64,000 bases of DNA, from the NCBI GenBank assembly GCA_032718475.1, contig JAUCBJ010000011.1, forward strand, positions 64,702 through 128,701. Reading direction: 5' to 3'. Every line of letters starts with the position of its first letter. Position 1 is the first letter of the stretch. The notes below the pieces were generated by a model that worked only from the letters and a program-made list of their open reading frames with translations, did not search any database and was not told the origin of the DNA. Made by a program: the position numbers and the translations under genes. Below, piece after piece: positions 59,995-64,000 of this stretch. This stretch comes from Nemertoderma westbladi (Eukaryota; Animalia; Xenacoelomorpha).

Positions 59995-62139
59995 GCTTCT
60001 TTATTGCAGTAAGCAATAAAGTCGAAAGTACCGGTCGACCGGTAACCAGTCGGCCTGACTGCCTGATCATCCGGACCGGTACCTACTTCCGTATAAGTAC
60101 AGCAGTATTATTCGATTTGATTATATATGCCGGTAGGTCTTAATAATTAATCGGGGACGCCTGGTTTTTATTGGGATTTTACTTAGGCCTATTTCTGTCA
60201 GTTTTATTTGTTTGTAGGCCAGTATTGAACAGAAGGCGTGTAAACCTGATCAGATTGTACAGACAATTTGTAGGCTGAGCTGTTGTCTGATTGCTGTTAA
60301 GTCCGAACGAATTGCAGTGTGTGTAGAGCACTTGTCCGATTAAGTACGGTTAGGAAGTAGGGGCAGCAACGCTGTAAGGTAATCCCCCAACTAAAGAATA
60401 AGTCGCACTACTGGGTTAGAGCGCATACTCCCTAATCATTTCGGAGTCTGCATGTCCTGTAATTTATTTAGGCTTGAGAGTAGTCTGCCATCGTTTAGTC
60501 TGTACTTTGTTTGTGTAAGTCTGTACGGGTAGCGTATAATTTTATTTAGATAATTTGTAGGCTGGATAGTTGTCTGGCTGTTATTAGGTCTGAACGGATT
60601 GCCGCGTGTGTAGATCATCTGTCCGATTAAGTACGGTTAGGCAGTAGGGGCAGCGAACGCTGTAAGGTAAACCCCCAACTAAAGAATAAGTCGCACTACT
60701 GGGTTAGAGCGCATACTCCCTAATCATTTCGGAGTCTGCATATACCGTAGTTTGTTTAGGCTTGATAGTAGTCTGTCAGTGTTCGGTCTGTATTTTGTTT
60801 GAGTAGTTTGTACGCGTAGCGTAATATTTATTATTCAGAGTTTATGCGATTATTCGCAACATTCATTCCCCAAGTTTGTTCCTACAGTAATTGTGTTTGT
60901 TATACATACCGCTATAGTTAAATTAACCTCGGTACTACACGGGCTGCTCGGCGTAGGTAAAGACTGGTGATTTTGTGCATCGGTCACTCCAGCAGATGCC
61001 GTGGTTCTTTTAGCTGTTCAAGTATATTTAATTACTGATTATCTGTTGTACAAGTACTCGTACCTAATTTAGGGTTTAGTGTACAGTGCTTTCCGAAGTA
61101 ATTATTGTAGGCATTATATTTGTGTTGTAAAGTGGTTGATAGGCACATTCGATTAGCTCTATTAACTTCTAGGTAGGAACATTCCGTGATACATAACGTA
61201 GAACCTATAGCGATACGGCTATAGGTCGTCAGGCGGTGGTATTTTCCTATCTAGACAACGCAGTGTATTTACTACTACTTATTATTTCAAATACCGTAGT
61301 ACCCTGTCCGCTGTAATAATCAGTTTTCTAACCCTTTGTTAGGCTGGTTTGTAGACTTCTTGTAAAATTACCCTAAAAATTCGTATTTGTGTTTTGTAAA
61401 ATTTTGTGTTTAGTTAGAGATTGTAATCTCAACCCAAATTGTACGTAATTTGTAGTATTAAGTAACTTAGGTAAATTAGTATTATTTGTTTTAGTGTCCT
61501 GTACGTAACACTTCACTGAAAGCGCACCGCTTTGTGTAGTGATTACTCCCCAGAAATAATAACATTTATTTCAAACATTGACAAAACCCACTAAAACGGG
61601 TATATATATATTATAAATCAAATCTAACGATTTATAAATCGTAGGCCTACCATACAACCATTAGGCCTCAATATCAGTTGGATTACTGCTCAAATAACGG
61701 TAATAAAGTAAGTAAAGTAACCAAGTAACCCTAAAATTCAGAAATTCAATTATTTAAAATAATTGATATACCGGTATTCTCGATAGGCCTATTATCTTTA
61801 TTTCTATAAATTTTGGCTGAAATTATACCGGTACTTGTAATTAATTCTAGTCCAGAATTATATATACTACAAACTGTAAGCTGTATACCGGTATTCCGAT
61901 AGGCCTATTATATATTTATATATATTTGTGCTAAAATTATACCGGTACTCTGTGATAAACCTAGTCTGTAATAATAGTTATATATACTATAAGCATACCG
62001 GTATTCTAATATATTATATATATCACGCTACACTGAGTAGCAGTACCGGTAATTAATTACTAGGCTAGTAGGTAATACTGAGTTACTAGACTTACTCAGA
62101 CTGTAATACAGCAGTAGACATTCAACGGTATACATAGTC

Positions 62140-64000
62140 ATGTCTGATACTAAGCAGAACCTGTCAGACAGTTTATTAGATGTAACTATCTGCGACTCAG
62201 ATAGAGACGTACCACTGTCTGGTCGTAAATCCAGTTCACCTCCCACTGTGAGGAAAGTCATCCCTCCAGTAGTAATAACAGAACCTAGGCTGGTCCAACA
62301 TCGTAGGTCTATCATAGGCACCCGAGCTCAGGTCAAGCGGGACCAACAAGCGGCGGAACAGCAACAACCCGCTAGTCAAGAACTTATTCCTCAGCGGCCC
62401 AGCAGCTCCAGTAGTGAGGATACTGTAGAGCTGACACCCGAGAGCGGAGCAGAGATGACGGATGCGGTTTATACGGATCCCCTTCTCATCCTTCCTGCAG
62501 CCGTGCTCGCTGGATTATTGATCGCGGTGGAAGAACACCAGATCGATTGGGCGAGAAGTCAACGGTCAACTAGAGATAGCTACGCGGGCTACACTAGTGA
62601 AGAACTGAAGTCTATTGTCGAGTCGCAATGGAACTTCCCCGGACCCGGACTCCCGTTTGATTTATCAGAAGCTGCCTGGGAAGACATACACCGGATGGGA
62701 GTAGCCAAGGAAACCATCGATCCAGCTGTGTGGAAGAGGTCCGCAGCCGGATACGCACAGGGATTCTTCAGCTCTATGGAGCGAATAGAAAAGCAACTTT
62801 TTCAACAACCTCAAGGACCTCAAGAGCAGGGATCGCTGCTTTATCAAGTTAGAGAAAGAGTTCTGCGGATTAGGCTAATCTTATCCGCCTTTGAGGAGGC
62901 TTCTAAAAGAAAACAAGACACGTCGTTGCAAGTTGCCGTAAAGACTTGGTTTCAACGGGTGAGTCGCCAGGTTCAAGGAGCAGCTCAGTGGAAAGCTCAG
63001 TTGGAGGAGCGCTCAACCCATGGAGAATCAACAGACGCTACTTTTTCCCAAGTGGAAAGTGAAGCGACGGCAGAGAAACCGCATAAGAGGGATGCCATTG
63101 ACATCTATCTGTCAGACTATCAGCGTTTTGTGGGAGATAAAGAGTTGAGGAGAAGGCTAGAGGGACTTAGCCCTAATAGCGAAGGAGCCAAACTTGTGTT
63201 AGATGCGATTGATGTGGATAGGTTAGCGGCGAACCAAGCTAAATTCGATGAACAACTCCGCATCGCTAGAGAAAGGGAAGAACAAGTAAGGAAAAAACGT
63301 ATAGAAGACAGAAAGGCCGCAGCAAAAGCAGAGGCAGAGGCAAAAGCGGCAGCAGCAGAAGCAGCGGCAGAAGCAAAAGCGGCAGTAGCAAAGGCAGAGG
63401 CAGAGGCAAAAGCAGCAGAAGCAAAAGCGGCAGTAGCAAAGGCAGAGGCAGAGGCAAAAGCAGCAGAAGCAGCGGCAGAGGTAAAAGCGGCAGCGGCAGA
63501 GGCAAAAGCGGCAGCAGCAGAAGCAGAACGGAGAGCGGCTGAAGAGATCGCCCAACTGGAGTTGGAAACGCTTCAAGAGAAGCAAGACGACTTCAGTAAA
63601 CAGTTAACAGCTAGTAATATGCAGATGATGAATCGATCTACTCCCAAAAGACAGGGATATACATCATCTGAAGAAGGCGATACCACCGATACTGAAGGCA
63701 AAGGAAATAGATCTCGTCAAAGCAGACGTAAAAGAACATTCCACCGGCAGAAATTGCCTGATTTGCCTCCAGCTGTTAGAAGGCAACTAAATAACACCAA
63801 AGTAGGTAGTACAGAGCCCGCAGACCAAATAATTAAAATAGAAAGACTCCCTACTATAGTAGATGAGCCTGAAATAATTAGGCCTGTTCTTGAAATCACC
63901 CCTTCGGTGATAGACGCACATGTGCTCCCTGAAACTACCTCTAAATTCCCTCTGCATAGCACTAAGCTACCTGTGCCCCGCAGAACTGCCCAAGAGACAG
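62140..64000 (+). CDS. N-terminal ORF of BEL copy 2 (partial, runs off the window)
   Basis: ATG TCT GAT ACT AAG CAG (MSDTKQNLSDSLL...) at 62140 is homologous to 54377-52188. It is absent from the ORF track, consistent with no stop before the window end. Confidence 0.88.
   Translation, partial: MSDTKQNLSDSLLDVTICDSDRDVPLSGRKSSSPPTVRKVIPPVVITEPRLVQHRRSIIGTRAQVKRDQQAAEQQQPASQELIPQRPSSSSSEDTVELTPESGAEMTDAVYTDPLLILPAAVLAGLLIAVEEHQIDWARSQRSTRDSYAGYTSEELKSIVESQWNFPGPGLPFDLSEAAWEDIHRMGVAKETIDPAVWKRSAAGYAQGFFSSMERIEKQLFQQPQGPQEQGSLLYQVRERVLRIRLILSAFEEASKRKQDTSLQVAVKTWFQRVSRQVQGAAQWKAQLEERSTHGESTDATFSQVESEATAEKPHKRDAIDIYLSDYQRFVGDKELRRRLEGLSPNSEGAKLVLDAIDVDRLAANQAKFDEQLRIAREREEQVRKKRIEDRKAAAKAEAEAKAAAAEAAAEAKAAVAKAEAEAKAAEAKAAVAKAEAEAKAAEAAAEVKAAAAEAKAAAAEAERRAAEEIAQLELETLQEKQDDFSKQLTASNMQMMNRSTPKRQGYTSSEEGDTTDTEGKGNRSRQSRRKRTFHRQKLPDLPPAVRRQLNNTKVGSTEPADQIIKIERLPTIVDEPEIIRPVLEITPSVIDAHVLPETTSKFPLHSTKLPVPRRTAQET

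Larger units (their letters stand above)
58750..64000 (+). mobile_element. BEL/Pao LTR retrotransposon, copy 2 (related subfamily), truncated by the window edge
   Basis: Begins TGTAAAAGCC like the copy 1 LTR. From ~59180 onward it is an inverted, diverged copy of the copy 1 LTR, 5' UTR and ORF1. Confidence 0.93.

Noticed and set aside
1-64000. Assignment of host taxon
   Set aside because: The gene and repeat content fits an invertebrate animal, but nothing in the window is diagnostic without a database search.

Overview
This is repeat-rich eukaryotic (probably invertebrate animal) genomic DNA; the species cannot be assigned from sequence alone. Host genes: the first two coding exons of a divergent POMP/UMP1-like gene (-, running off the left end), an intronless PPP1R35-like ORF (+), a SAP-domain micro-ORF, and a complete 7-kb ABCA1/4/7-like transporter CDS with no introns (-). 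The rest is mobile or repetitive DNA: CR1 and RTE LINE remnants, hAT, Merlin-like and Tc1-like non-autonomous DNA elements, a tRNA-derived SINE, several minisatellites and a ~3.1-kb (TCAG)n tract. The right third holds two related BEL/Pao LTR retrotransposons arranged head-to-head. Copy 1 is full length (40665-57791, -; 1168-bp LTRs, AGTCC TSD), carries a long N-terminal ORF and an extra non-Env 3' ORF, and has a 1.2-kb nested insertion. Copy 2 (58750 onward, +) runs off the window. Best candidate novelty: neither copy has a tRNA-type (TGG...) primer-binding site. In each, the 11-12 nt next to the 5' LTR are the exact complement of a homologous segment inside that element's own LTR, with two compensatory changes between copies. 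This points to Tf1-like self-priming in a BEL/Pao element.
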